Shown piece by piece: positions 30,551-44,654 of a stretch of DNA of 64,000 nucleotides. Position 1 is the stretch's first letter. Each line of letters starts with the position of its first letter. The position numbers were made by a program, and so were the translations under genes. The DNA comes from the human T2T-CHM13v2.0 reference genome, Homo sapiens. The notes beneath the pieces are model-generated. The model worked only from the letters and a program-made list of their open reading frames with translations, searched no databases and was not told where the DNA came from. The DNA is taken from the NCBI RefSeq assembly GCF_009914755.1, contig NC_060941.1; one strand, given 5' to 3'.

Positions 30551-30805
30551 TTTTTTTTTTTTTTTAAACTTTTAGTTTAAGTTCAGGGGCACATGTGCAG
30601 GATGCGCAGATTTGTTACATAGGTAAGCGTGTCTCATAGGGGTTTGTGGTACAGATTATTTCCTCACCTGGGTATTAAGCCTAGTATCTATTAGTTTTTT
30701 TTCCTGATCCTCTCTCTCCTCCCACCCTCCACCCTCCAACAGGCCTCAGTGTGGGTTGTTCCCCTCTATGTGTCCATGTGTTCTCATCATTTAGCTCCCA
30801 CTTAT
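30551..30805 (-). mobile_element. L1PA (older primate) 3'UTR fragment
   Basis: T tract, then TTTAAGTTCAGGGGCACATGTGCAGGATG...TTAGCTCCCACTTAT. Confidence 0.9.
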
Positions 30806-30890
30806 TTCATGGCAGTTTTGTAAAGAGTTTTTGACAGTTAACTGATTGCACAGTACAACAGAATGAAATTACATTAAATCTATGTATTTG

Positions 30891-31019
30891 CATAGATTTA
30901 ACACCATGAGTGGAATTAAATGGACAGAAAACTTTTTGATTTTTTTGAATCATAAATTTAACACCATGAGTGGGATTAAATGGACCGAAAACTTTTTGAT
31001 TCTTTTGACTCATAAATTT
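30891..31019. repeat. 60-bp tandem duplication (~2.1 copies)
   Basis: ACACCATGAGTGG(A/G)ATTAAATGGAC(A/C)GAAAACTTTTTGAT repeated at 30901 and 30961. Confidence 0.95.
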
Positions 31020-31547
31020 CAAGATCGTCTTGCCTGGCAGTTCTTCCTGCTCATCTATAATTTCCTGGTTGGGTACCTGCCTACAACTGCCAGTGCTTGG
31101 TTTCACAGACTCACAGCTAACTTAGCAACTGATCATAGTTTAAAATTGTAAAATTCCATCAATTTTTACTGCCACTGTCTGATGTGAAAACTAGAAAAGA
31201 AACATAGTCAGATGTAGATATCTGACGGTCCACAACATAAAGATTATACGAAGTCGGCCGCAGTGCAGCTAAAAAATATTTAACTGAGAAATGTGACTTG
31301 CAGTCCAAGAGACTTGTGCCAAGAGAGGGTTGGTGACCTGAAGCAAACCCAGGTCTCTGCTTCTTCTAGGAAGTTCATGTTCTCACCATTAACTGGGAAG
31401 TAATTTACAAAGAAAAAGAATGGGGAGGGGAGGTGGAGGCTTCCACTTAAAAATTTTCCCCTTTGTTTTCTCCTGCCCATTCCCCTTAAGCAAACTTTAA
31501 GGAAATGACTAATTTCAGATTTTTGTCTTCCTGAAAATTAGTTCTGT

Positions 31548-31921
<374 letters not shown>

Positions 31922-32164
31922 TTAGTTAGATTTCTGACACAGGTCAAAAAGCTATGATTCTTCTAGAATGGTGGTGAAATAACTATCAACATTTTTATTA
32001 CATAACATATGGGAGCTCAGAGAATGGTGCAGGCACTATCTGGTCCTGACTGCTTAGACCAGTCAGATCTTTAAGGGCACCGAGGTTCTTTATCAAGATC
32101 AGACAGACTGAAGCTACAGCTGTTCTGCAACAAGGTAGGTCAGAGAACCCGCATCAACACTCAC

Positions 32165-32267
32165 CTGTATCAGATTACTGCTCAAGCAAAATAAGACCCT
32201 GAGCTGGATTTCATGAAAACAATAATGGAAAAAAACTAGCTTGCATCTGTCTCCAGTCATGCCTGAC
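32165..32267 (-). other. Candidate 103-nt internal exon (possibly non-coding)
   Basis: Minus strand: TTAATTCTTTCCCCTTTGTACACAG|G acceptor and CAG|GTGAGT donor. Confidence 0.3.
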
Positions 32268-33201
32268 CTGTGTACAAAGGGGAAAGAATTAACCTTCCCA
32301 TTATTAGTGTCTTCAATTTCCTGAAAGGGAAAAAGCTCTTGAAATGGAAAACTAAAGGTTTTATCATGTTGGGAATAATTGTAAAATCAATCCCATTAAC
32401 GTATTCTAAGAATCTCTGGCACTGGGCAGTAGGTAGACCCAACCTCTTCTCAGTGCTCCTTATTTTCTGTTTGGCTTCCTTTTCTCATCCATTCATATGG
32501 ATATCTTTTCCTTTTAAAATTTCCAGTTGTTTTATCACAACATAGAGCAACAGAAATGGTCAAGAACAACAACAACAAGAAAATATTAGCAAAAAAAAAA
32601 AGTCTATTTTTAATCTACATCTCTATTAATAATCTCCAAAGTACTTCGTATAATAAGCTGAAGATTCTGGTGAAGATTCACAGAGAATTTCTAGTACTTA
32701 GGGTCAATGGCCTAAATCATAAAGTCATTTTCTTTCAGTAATGAAAGTTAAATAATTTTATAAGAAGAGGATTTCTCATGAAAGAAGGCAGGTGGTGAAT
32801 CTTCTGTTCATTTCAGGTGCCTAAAATGCAATGATATTTGCCTACTGACAGAGAAGTGAGATGTTAATGTAATTGTTAGAGACTTTATATTGATTTCAGA
32901 TTAATATCTTCTAAACTAATTGACAAGTTGCTTGCTATTTAGAAGGCAAACAGTAAAAGAGAAGGCAAAAAGGAATAGAGATTTTTGATTACTTAGTGGA
33001 TTATCTACAGTGACTTACTTATTCCACTGAATATTCAACATTAAAAAAATCTCCTTAACTTACCTTTTAAACAAGTTAATCAGATTAACTATGCCACTGT
33101 GACAAATTTTAAATTTAAAATCAGGGTACACAGTTAGATGAAGTACCACTTCTGAGTGAAAGCAGTTGGCTGGGAGATAACATTTTGATGCTAAAATTAG
33201 G

Positions 33202-34100
<899 letters not shown>

Positions 34101-34245
34101 AATTGGGGCATGCCCTGGATTTCTTTGAAAACAGTAAGCCCACAGTGTAAATGTTACATCCTAAGGATTCTATACCTATGAATGCCACAGATTATAAACA
34201 TATTTTACATGTTAATATTCAAAAGGGTAACATGATGCTGTTGAG

Positions 34246-34444
34246 CTGAGGTTGACAAACCATAGCCCATGGGCCAAATCTGACCTGCTGTCGGTTTTTG
34301 TATTGCAGTCACTTGCTTAGATATATGTGTAGTGCTTTTGCACTACAATGGTGGAGTTGAATAGTTGTGACAGAGACTGTATGGCCTGCGAAACCTAAAA
34401 GACTCACTTTCTAGCACTTTACAGGAAAAGTTTGCTGACTCCTG
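34246..34444. mobile_element. MER58A-like hAT-Charlie MITE
   Basis: GGTTGACAAACCATAGCCCATGGGCCAAATC ... GGAAAAGTTTGCTGACTCCTG terminal inverted repeats. Confidence 0.8.
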
Positions 34445-34703
34445 TGTAGAGTGCTTGAAATTAATGTTTATCTACAACTTTTTTTTTCTCTTGGGCATAA
34501 AGGATGACAGTAAATCTCCATGTCTGTGTGCATATGAGTGAGGCAGGCAGGAGGATTGGCAATCACATGCCACTTTGAAGTGAGTTGGCATCAAACATAA
34601 AATTAGTCTTTTGTCACAGATTTTAGTTCTTCCTGCAGTCAATTATCTGTATCGTTGTACTATTGCACACAGGAGATTCATAATTCAGGATAGAGTTAGT
34701 TGC

Positions 34704-35125
34704 TCCATTAGGTCAGCTGTGCATTAGTATAAAGAAATACCCAAGGCTGAGTAATTTACAAACAAAAGAGGTATAATTGGCTCACAGCACTGCAGGCTGT
34801 ACAAGCATGGTACCCGCATCTGCTTGACTTGTTGGTGGGGTGGGCGGTGGGGGCCTCAGGGAGCTTTTACTCATGGCAGAAGCTGAAGCATAAGCAGGCA
34901 TATAACATGGAAAAAGCAGGAGCAAGAGAGTAGGGGTGGGAGGTGCCACGCACTTTTAAACCACCAAATCTCATGTGAATTCACTCATCACCAAGGGGTA
35001 GTGCTAAGCCATTCATGAGTGATCCACCCCCATGATCCAAGCACCTCCCACCAGGCCCCACCTTCAACACTGGGGATTACAGTTCAACATGAGATTTGGC
35101 TGGGACCCAGATCCGAATCATATCA
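34704..35125 (-). mobile_element. MSTA/MSTB MaLR solo LTR
   Basis: ATAAAGAAATACCCAAGGCTG, CCATGATCCAAGCACCTCCCACCAGGCCCCACC; perfect TSD GTTGC. Confidence 0.9.
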
Positions 35126-35669
35126 GTTGCTTATAGAGCAACTCGGCCCTCTTTTAAAAAGATAAATGGCTCAAATTGCATTCTTATACTAAAACAGGCC
35201 TAGATGTATTTGTGCCAGGAGTATGTTGTTGTTTTGTGTGTGACAAAAAAGCTTTAGATCATGCCAAGTAATCACACTTTGATTCAAAACAGAGGCCACA
35301 TGTTTCTGAAATCAGGACCTCTTTCTACTGCTTTTCAGACATAGCATGGCTCTCCAAGGCCAGAAAAATTGAGTAATTGTTGTTACTATTTTAGACTTTT
35401 AGATCTACCCAGGGGGACTTGTCTTTCTCCACTGTTTTATCGTGGTGAATATTACTGAAACTGCCAAGCCTTATTATACACATACAGTTAAGCTATTACT
35501 GAATCCACCTGCTCCACTCCAAGTCTGGGAATCGCTGTTCAAACAACAGAGTATGAAGCCGTCATTAAAACTAAACCAACAGTAAACCCAGACATAGATC
35601 AAAGATCATTTCAGATGCCAGTTGGGCTAATCAATGCTGCAGTAATTGAGCATTGTTTTTGTTTTTGTT

Positions 35670-37780
35670 TTCATAACTTATAAACACTTTCAAGTACATT
35701 ATCACATGTAATCCTCATTGCAACTCTGTGGGGGAAGATAGGGCAGAGATCATCATCTATGGGGTCATTTTATAAAAGACTGATTTTAGAGTGAAATTAT
35801 AAAGACTCAAAATCTTACAGAGAAAATTAACAACTCATAAATAGAATCCAAGAGACTTTCTGCTTAGTTTGCAGGATTATACGGTTAAGTAATAGCTCAA
35901 AAATCACATAGCTAAGAAGTGGCTCAGATGGGATTAGAACCCGGGCAATATGGCTGTAGAGTATATACACTTAATTTCAATACTGCCTCAACATAACAAA
36001 TGCTTATTGAGCAGTTACCAGTTATTCGTATATGAAACACGCAGACTTCATTTAGCGAGTTTCTGCTGTATGCCAGGCACTGCAGAGAGGGTCCTGAAAA
36101 TAGAACAAGGAGCAAGGCATTAGCCAGATATGTATTTATTTACTTATTTCTGACCTACCATGATTCTGATGGTTCTTTGAAGGAAAAGACCAGGGTGCTA
36201 CTGAACATATAGCAGGAGGTCCTGCCTTGCTTCAGAGGAAGGAAATTTTCAGGTGTAGCTTCAAAGATGAATGAGCTCTATGGAAGGCTGGGGAGGGGAG
36301 ACACAGATGCATGAAGAACATCTTAGGTAAAGGGATTGGTAAGTGTAGACATTTGACATAAACAATCATGGAAAACAATCAAACATTCTCCTTGACTTTC
36401 AAACTCTAGTAAACACCCACTCCATGATTCTTGACTTACTTTCCTCCTCTGTCTTCTCCCCTTCTAGGCCCTTATTTTTCTCTCTTCCTGCTTATATTAG
36501 TTTTGCAAGTTCCCTTTCCTCTGCTCACTCATTAAAGGTTGCTGGTTTTCAGCGCTCTGCCCTTGGATCTATTTAGTCCTCACTTTAACACTTAGATTGT
36601 ATCATCCATTCATGGATTTAATTACTATCTACATACTAAAAAAAAAACAACCACACTCTACATTCAGTTAATAAGTCTATTTTAAAATCAAGCCTGTGGT
36701 TTTGGCTTAACTTCTAGTGGACTTGCCTCTTTAAAAGTTTTGTAGGTATCTTAATCTCTACTTGCCCAAAAAGAAATCATTATTGTCCTCTCCCAAAAGG
36801 CTCCTGCTCATTGCTCTGTATAAATTAACTAAACCAGAAATCTGGTTCCATGCAACTTCTTTTATTTTAAAACAAAATTATCCCCCTTAAATGCAGTTCT
36901 GTTACTTCTGCTTACCAAGCTTTTCTCAAATGTTATTTCTTTCTACTCTCATTGCCATTACCTTGTCATACTACCTGTGGCAGCTGTGTAACGAAGCATA
37001 TACTCCCTTGCTAATCCATCCCACACGCTAATCAGAAGAATCTACCAAAAATGCAAATCTGATTATTCCATTCTCTTCTTACACTTACATGGCCCTTGGG
37101 ATAAGATGGGAGCACAGACTTCCGTTCGTATACCCACCTAGCACCACTTCAGCCCCATTTATTATCACTTCTCACCCTTCTCATCTACCTTCCATCTATT
37201 CTCAACTTTCATTCGGCACATACTTTTTTTTTTTTGGCCTTCAGGTCTATTATTCTGTTACTTCCTCCCATTCTGCTTTGCTTAACTCTCTCCCACTTAC
37301 CCTCCATGTCCTGAATTTGACTTCAGAATACCTTTCATTATTCTGTAATTTTAATGGGTCAGATTCTCCTATTATGGTTCTATAACCTTGTATTTCCCTC
37401 AACATTGTATTGGTCATATGTTATGATATTGCTGATCTAATCATTTGTGAATACAGAATACATGTATCTCTAGCTTATCATTACAGCTATAGTAACATTG
37501 TGCCTGGCATATGGGCATACTTGTTGCACAAACAAATGGTTTGTCCTTGAAAGTCACATACATGTAACAGCACAGAATAACATGGGCTTTTGGATGAGAG
37601 AAAAGTTTGAATCTTGGGTCTGTCATTTATTTACTGTATTTGTTTTGACAAATTACTTATCTGGACCTGTTTTGTATGTACAAAATGAGTACAATAGCAA
37701 TCAACTCATGAGGTTGTTGTAATTGCCAAACAGGCCTGTAAAGAACTGGGCACATTTAAGTGCTCAAAAAAGGGAGCTTT
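35670..37780. mobile_element. Cluster of degraded MIR and L2 fragments
   Basis: GTATGCCAGGCACTG, ACATTGTGCCTGGCATAT (L2 ends); MIR cores near 35700 and 37600. Confidence 0.55.
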
Positions 37781-37934
37781 TAGAATTATTAGCTGATTCA
37801 TTGAAGGTTTCATTAAGTGAAACTTACATCAAATGCCTATTTGTTCAGAAAATGTTGGTGTGATCTGGCAAGACATAATCCTTTCCTTGATACTTAATTT
37901 CTTGAAGAACTGTGTTGTTTCTGTGTTTATGTTC

Positions 37935-38182
<248 letters not shown>

Positions 38183-38219
38183 TAAAACTTACTTTGTTCA
38201 CTATCAAAAGTTCTATTTG

Positions 38220-38517
38220 GAGTCAGATATGGTGGCTCATGCCTGTAACCCTGGCACTTTGGGAAGCTGAGGTATGAGCATGGCTTAAGCCCAGGAGTTT
38301 GAGACCAGCCTGGACAACACAGGGAGACTTAATCTGTAAGTATATATGCATAATTAGCCCAGCATGGAGGTGTGTCTGAAGTCCCAGCTACTTGGGAGAC
38401 TGAGGTGAAAGGATTATTTAAACCCAGGAGTTTGAGACTGCAGTGAGCTATGATTGTGTCACTTCACTACACTCTGGGTGATAGAGCAAGATCTTATCTC
38501 AAAAAAAAAAAAAAAAA
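38220..38517 (+). mobile_element. AluJ
   Basis: Diverged dimer with J features (CCCAGGAGTTTGAGACTGCAGTGAGCTATGAT); A tail. Confidence 0.9.
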
Positions 38518-38539
38518 GTTGTATTTGTTGGTTAGCCAG

Positions 38540-38979
38540 TGTCTTAGTTTCTCGTTGCTGCAGTAATAAGTTGCCATAAACTTGAGGGTGTAAAACAAAT
38601 GAAATTTATTGCTATATTTTTCAGGAGATCAGAAGTATGAAATAGGTTTCATTGGACTAAACGAGAACTATTTTCTTGCCTTCTCCAGCTTTAAGAGGCT
38701 TCCCACGCTACTTGGCCTATGCTACTTGTCCGTCTTCAAAGTCTGCAATGGCCAATCAAGACTTGCCCTGCCTCACTCTGATGCTGCCTCTTTTACTTCC
38801 TTCTTACACATTTAACGGTACTTGTGATCCCTTTAGACTTGTCTGGATGACCCATTTCATTAGCCACCTTAATTCCATCTCCAACCTTCATTTTCCTTTG
38901 TCAAGTGAGGAGCCATATTAGCAGGTTACAGGGATTAGAATGTAGACGTCTTTGGCAGGGCATTATTCTGTCTAATACA
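38540..38979 (-). mobile_element. MLT1 solo LTR
   Basis: TGTCTTAGTTT start, CATTATTCTGTCTAATACA end, TSD GCCAG/GCCAT. Confidence 0.8.
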
Positions 38980-39487
38980 GCCATTCTGTTGCAGGCATCA
39001 TATTAAACTAAGTACTTGACTGAAATAAGCACAGTTAATGCTCCCAGATGTCCTAAGAGGTAAATCTTATTGCTCCACTTTGTAGATAAGAAAAATGAAA
39101 CTGCAAGATGTGCTTTCTTGCTGATTGTGACTGGCCATCAGCAGAAGAGGGTTCTGAGCCTCTTTTTGCTGCCTGCAGTCGGGTTCTGTGCTCTTTGCAA
39201 GGAGGTCCTGAAGCCTCTTGTGTGGGGCCCTCCTGTCTCTGTCATCTCACATCCTTATCAGGCATGGTCTCCAGGGGTTTTCCCAGTTCATTGTAAGAAG
39301 AAAGAATATGTATTAACATTCAGCGTATTATCTGAAATACATTTTATTTATTTTTCTCTGCTGCAATAACATAGGGAAATCTAAATATCCAAGCCAACTC
39401 TAATTTTCAAATAAAAAAGTGAGCTTCTTGGCACAGAAACACAAAAATCAAAATCCACAATTTATAAAAATTGAAGCCGCTTTCAAA

Positions 39488-39546
39488 ATTAATTTTAAAT
39501 TGACAAATAAAGGTGGTATATATTTAAGGTGTTCAATGTGATCTGT
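39488..39546 (-). mobile_element. Tiny L1M 3'-terminal insertion
   Basis: TTTTAAATTGACAAATAAAGGTGGTATATATTTAAGGTG matches L1MA/MB termini; flanked by TTGAAGC.G.TTT.AAA repeats. Confidence 0.55.
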
Positions 39547-41639
39547 TTGAAGCAGATTTAAAGACTGTAATGAAGCAATGCCTTTGAATACACAATGGCC
39601 ATCCTGAAAAGGTTTCTATTTCTTTTGCTTCTTAATGGCAGAAAAGGATTGAAAGATTTCTTGTATGTGAGTGAAACTGCTCTGTTCTTGCATACTGGAT
39701 TCTGTTGTAAATGTCATTAGTATGTATTTCAATGTGTTTGACTCATGGAGGTGTTTAAAGGCTGTGCTTCATGAATCACATGTTACCGTGTTAATAAGAG
39801 ATATGGCAATAAAATTCTAGATCTGAGGTGGAAAAAAATTCAAAAAAAATTGAATCAGTTTTACTGAGTGACATCTTACAGGCAATCCAAATTCCGTTTA
39901 ATGAACTCCTGCGTGTTTTTAAGTGTAAAGAAATGCTAAATCATATTCCTACACCTCCAAGGTAATTCTGCAGTTTAAGTGAAGTTTGCAAAGTTCAGCA
40001 TGACCTTGCAAGGTAACCAGGCAGAATTAAAACTTCCCTTCTCCCACCCCAATCCATTAATATTTCTGTTTTAATTCCTTTATCAAATGTTTCCTTTCCC
40101 ATGGTGCAGATATAGTGCTGAAAGCTTTGAAGATAGACTTTGTTTTAGTCCCTATTTCCTGTTACCCTTGAGATTTGGGGCTCGAGTGAGGTAAGGAGAA
40201 AAAAGGGAATCAGATTTACAATCATTTTAACAGCTCTAAAGACAGGTTTAATCTTCACCCTGATCAAGATAATGAAGTAGAATGATATTAAAAGTCTTTC
40301 AATTCTTTGTTTTCTTGAGCAAAAGAAAAAGAAATAGTGTCTCATTGCATTGGAAAATATACAAGCCCTCTTGGGATAACAAACATAATTCATTCTCACT
40401 CAGGCAACCAGTGAAATCACTTCCTGGTTGCTGAGCTTATAGGTTATTGAAACCACGGGGGTTTTGTTAAATATAACCATCTAATAAATCTGCCCCTTCT
40501 TGTAATTAGGACAATGGTGATAAATTTTCTATGAACTTTTTCCTCCCTTTTAGGGCAACTTTAAGAAATCTCCAATAATGCATATGTCATGTAGAGTTGA
40601 ATGGAATTGAAACGCCCTGCCTTATCTATTGCTGTGGATTGGCAAGAGAAGACAGTAAGTGCTTGAAGCATAGTGATGGGGTAAACAGCGCATTTCTTTC
40701 TTTGAGTGAGTTTAAAGTTTCCTAAAACATTGGGCAGTCTGAACTTAACACATCTCCTTGATATCATCTATCTTAAAGGAAAAAGCCATTTCCCATATGT
40801 TTTCAGGCCAAATAGAGGTGATACCCTCATTTTAAAATTCAGAAATGTTCTAAAAATAGTCTTTAAACAAAAGTAAATACAAATGTCCTATAAGAGCATC
40901 AGGGAACTTGATTATTTAAGGGAGGCAAGTGGAATCAACTTCAAGTTGATTTCTCATACTGTACACAATTGCTATATTCCCTCATGTAAGTACGTGTGGA
41001 AGCTATGGCTTCATTGTTAGGCACTGGATCTGAAGTCAAAGTTCTCAGATTGAACTCTTCAAAATGGCTCCTACACACCCAGGACTTGGGTAAAGGCTAA
41101 CCCCACTGATCTTCAGTTTCTCCATCTATAAAGGGAAAATAATATTATCAACCTCACATTCTTTGTGTGGCTCATATCCATATATTCATTTAATATTAAT
41201 TGAGCTACTAATAAAATAATAGTAGCAGAAACTAAGATTCATTGAGCTATGTACTTTTCCTATGTACTGGGCACACCCCTGGCATAGCATAAATTACAAG
41301 TGTGCCTAAATATTGATCTTCTCTGGCCTCAGAGAAGCCAGAATACCCAGGCAACTTGCCTCTGGCCACAAATAGCAGCATCTTTTTAATCTACTGTTTT
41401 GTATTAAGTATCATTTCCTCTGTGTTGGTTGAAAGGCCTAATTAATACACACTGTATCAATTATTATGATGCATATTAGAGTTAAAAAGACTGAAGTATA
41501 GAGAAGTTAACTAGCTGGCCAAAGTCACCCACCAGGTAGGAAGTGAAACTGTCACCTGAGCCTGAGTTTATTTACCAAGGATATGCTCTTATTTACTGAA
41601 TGCTACTCCATTGCCATTAATACTGTTGTTTATCAAATA

Positions 41640-41981
41640 ATTCTAGTTCATTCCTATTTAAGGCACATGGAAGGATTTCATTTCTTTGCCATCATCAGGT
41701 TAGATGTGGCCAATGACTTGCTTTGGTCAATTAAATAAGAGAAATGGCATGAGTCAGTTCTGGATAGAGGCTTCAGGACTCCCCTTTCTCAGGTCGGCTG
41801 TGATTAAAGAAGCCATGAAAAGAAGATGTCTCTGTCAACCTGTTACCCTAACAGACCACAGTGAGTACAATCGCCTTGTGTAGCACACATAATATGAACA
41901 AGAAATACACTGTTGTTTTGTTGAGACCCTGAGATTTGGGGAATAATTGTAACCACAGCATAATCTAGCTTGTCCTGAGAC
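41640..41981 (+). mobile_element. Old MLT1 LTR
   Basis: CCAATGACTTGCTTTGGTCAAT; CTGAGATTTGGGGAATAATTGTAACCACAGCATAATCTAGC end. Confidence 0.75.
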
Positions 41982-42099
41982 AATTATGCTGCTGCCAAAT
42001 ATGTAGTAAGTTGTGTCAATGATGTGTGTCAACTCTCCAAGGTTGGGGGAAGCTCTTATCAGTAATGTTGGGGGATTTTTGTATAGCAAATACTCCCAC

Positions 42100-42844
42100 T
42101 GCTATGGCCTGAATGTTTGTGTTCCTCCAAAATTCATATGTTCAAACCTAATCACCAACATGATGGTATTAGGAGATAGAGACTGCTATGGTCTAAATGT
42201 GCCCTCCAAATTTCGTGGGTTAGAAATTTAACTCCTAATGCAACAGTGTTGGGAGGCGGGAACTCACGGGAATGAGAGGTGTTTAGATCATGGGGGTTCT
42301 ACCCTCATCAATGGATTAAGGTTGCCATGAAAAGGGCTTGCAGGAATGGGTCCATCTCTTTCTCCTTTCTGCCATGTGAGAACACAGCATTCCTCCTCTC
42401 CTGAGGATGTGGCAACCAGGTGCCATCTTCAAACCACAGACTAAACTCGCTGGCACCCTGATCTTAAACTTTTCAGCCTCCAGAACACTGAAAAACAAAT
42501 TTTTGTTCTTCGTAAATTGGCCAGTCTGTGGTATTTTTGTCATAGTGGTAAAAAATGGACTAAGACAGGACCTTTGTGAGGTGATTAGGTCTTGAAGGGT
42601 TGCCCTCATGAATAAGATTCATGCCTTTATAAAAGAGACCCCAAAGAGATACTGACACTTTCCTCCATGTGAGGTTACAGTGAGAAGACAGTCATCTATG
42701 AGGAAAGGCAGATACCAAATGCCGAATCTGCTGGTGCCTTATCTTTGACTTCCCAGCCTCCAGAACTGTAAGAAATAAGTTTCCACTGTTTATAAGCTAA
42801 TCAGTTTATGGTAGTTGGTTATAGCAACCCAAATACCTTAGGCA
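42100..42844 (+). mobile_element. MLT1A/MSTD-type LTR (host of a nested LTR)
   Basis: TGCTATGGCCTGAATG start, resumes at 42568, ends ...GGCA; TSD CCCAC/CCCAG. Confidence 0.85.
42184..42567 (+). mobile_element. MST-type LTR nested in a related LTR
   Basis: Second TGCTATGG start and AAATGGACTAAGACA end inside the host LTR. Confidence 0.85.
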
Positions 42845-43469
42845 CCCAGTAAGGTTAACTTCAAGCTGCCGACATGATGGTACTGAATGTAGAGTTGGGA
42901 TGAAATGGACAAAATTGGTTCTGGCAAGCCTGTGGGAGGTCAGCTGAGGACAGCAGTGGCTCAGGGTATATTGTAGTGAATGGATAGATGTGACTCCTGA
43001 CTTGATTGAATTTACAGGCTAGAGAGGCAAAATTAAATGAGATAATAAAGATGCATATGTATTTTATTTTATCAAGCATGAAGTAAGGAGCTCTTCTATT
43101 CTTAAGAGCAAGTCTTTCTTAACCTGGAGTCCACACAAAAGGAAGGTGTTGGGATTGTTGTCACATGGTCCCCCAAAAACTACATACTTATTAGAATCTA
43201 AATCAATGTCAAGCTGTAAAATTATGATTGACTCCTTTTGAAATGAGTCCCAATTCTAAATTTAGCTAATCCTATTAGAAATATTCAGCACATTGATGCA
43301 TACTGGAATATTTACACATAAACTCATGACACTAAATTCATCTGGATTAAACTAACCTTCCCCTGACACTGTTCTCCAAATAATGGCAATATTTTGAAAT
43401 TTTAATAATTTTAGAATAGATTGGGACTATCATGAGTAAACATTCAGAAACATATGCTCACTATACAAC

Positions 43470-43820
43470 CCTCTGTGGCAGAGACTGGCTAGATGCTTAT
43501 TGATTTTATTCTATTTTGTTTTCCTGGACACATAAGAAGCCTATACCGAGCCTCCTATGTGGTAAGTTTGAGGCTAGGGAAGAAGTGATGTCCATGACGG
43601 TAAGGCCATACATGATTTTCCTTGCTCTCTCTGCCAGTTGGCTGGCTGAATATGGAAGATCCAGTAAAGGACTCCAACTAACGGTACCATTAGAGGGAAA
43701 AGGCCAGGATTCCCAGATCATTGGTGTAAGCCCAGCTGCTGAAGGCCAGTTGGACTTTCCACTGGCTTATTTTATATTATTGTAGTTATAGCAGCTAGTA
43801 TTGATAACCCTGATTAACAC
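43470..43820 (+). mobile_element. Old MLT1 LTR
   Basis: TGTGGCAGAGACTGGCTAGATGC start; GTTATAGCAGCTAG...CCCTGATTAACA end. Confidence 0.6.
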
Positions 43821-43906
43821 CTCTTCTTAGATAGGGATATATTATATTTGCTTGGAACCAAACCACTAGCATATTATTTTATATTTTTACATGGATAAAG
43901 AAACTG

Positions 43907-44203
<297 letters not shown>

Positions 44204-44289
44204 TTAAGTTGAAAAAAATTTTTAAACAAGTGTTTACTAAAACTCTGTGGTAAAATGATTTTTAAAAATCAAATGAGTAATTAACAGCT

Positions 44290-44654
44290 TGTGGCAAACA
44301 CAGCCTTACAACAACCACACGGCCCTCGAAGGAAGGACTGGCTGTCCAGCTACAGGGAGTACAGTCAACCAGCTGTTAGCTCCTTCATGCCTCAGTTGCA
44401 GAGAGCTGCCTCGCCCTTGGTCAGGCAATGCCCTGGTGCCACTGATCCAATGACCCATCATGGCTGGATTGACCAGTGATACTCCTGAGCTAAGCTCTCC
44501 AAAGGGTGGGCTAAGGCTTTGTCTGGCTGACATCCAAGCTGACTTTTCCCTCTATCCAGTCCTGTCTCCTCCTCCTTTTCACAGGGGCTGAGCCATAAAA
44601 TAAACATCTTTTATGCCAAATTTCATCTCTTCTTGGACAATGCAATCTCTTACA
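44290..44654 (+). mobile_element. LTR16-like ERVL LTR
   Basis: TGTGG start, CTGGATTGACCAGTGATACTCCTGAG, AATAAACATCTTT near end. Confidence 0.6.

Noticed and set aside
30891-31019. Repeat units as a CRISPR-like array
   Set aside because: Only two adjacent copies, no unique spacers, eukaryotic context.
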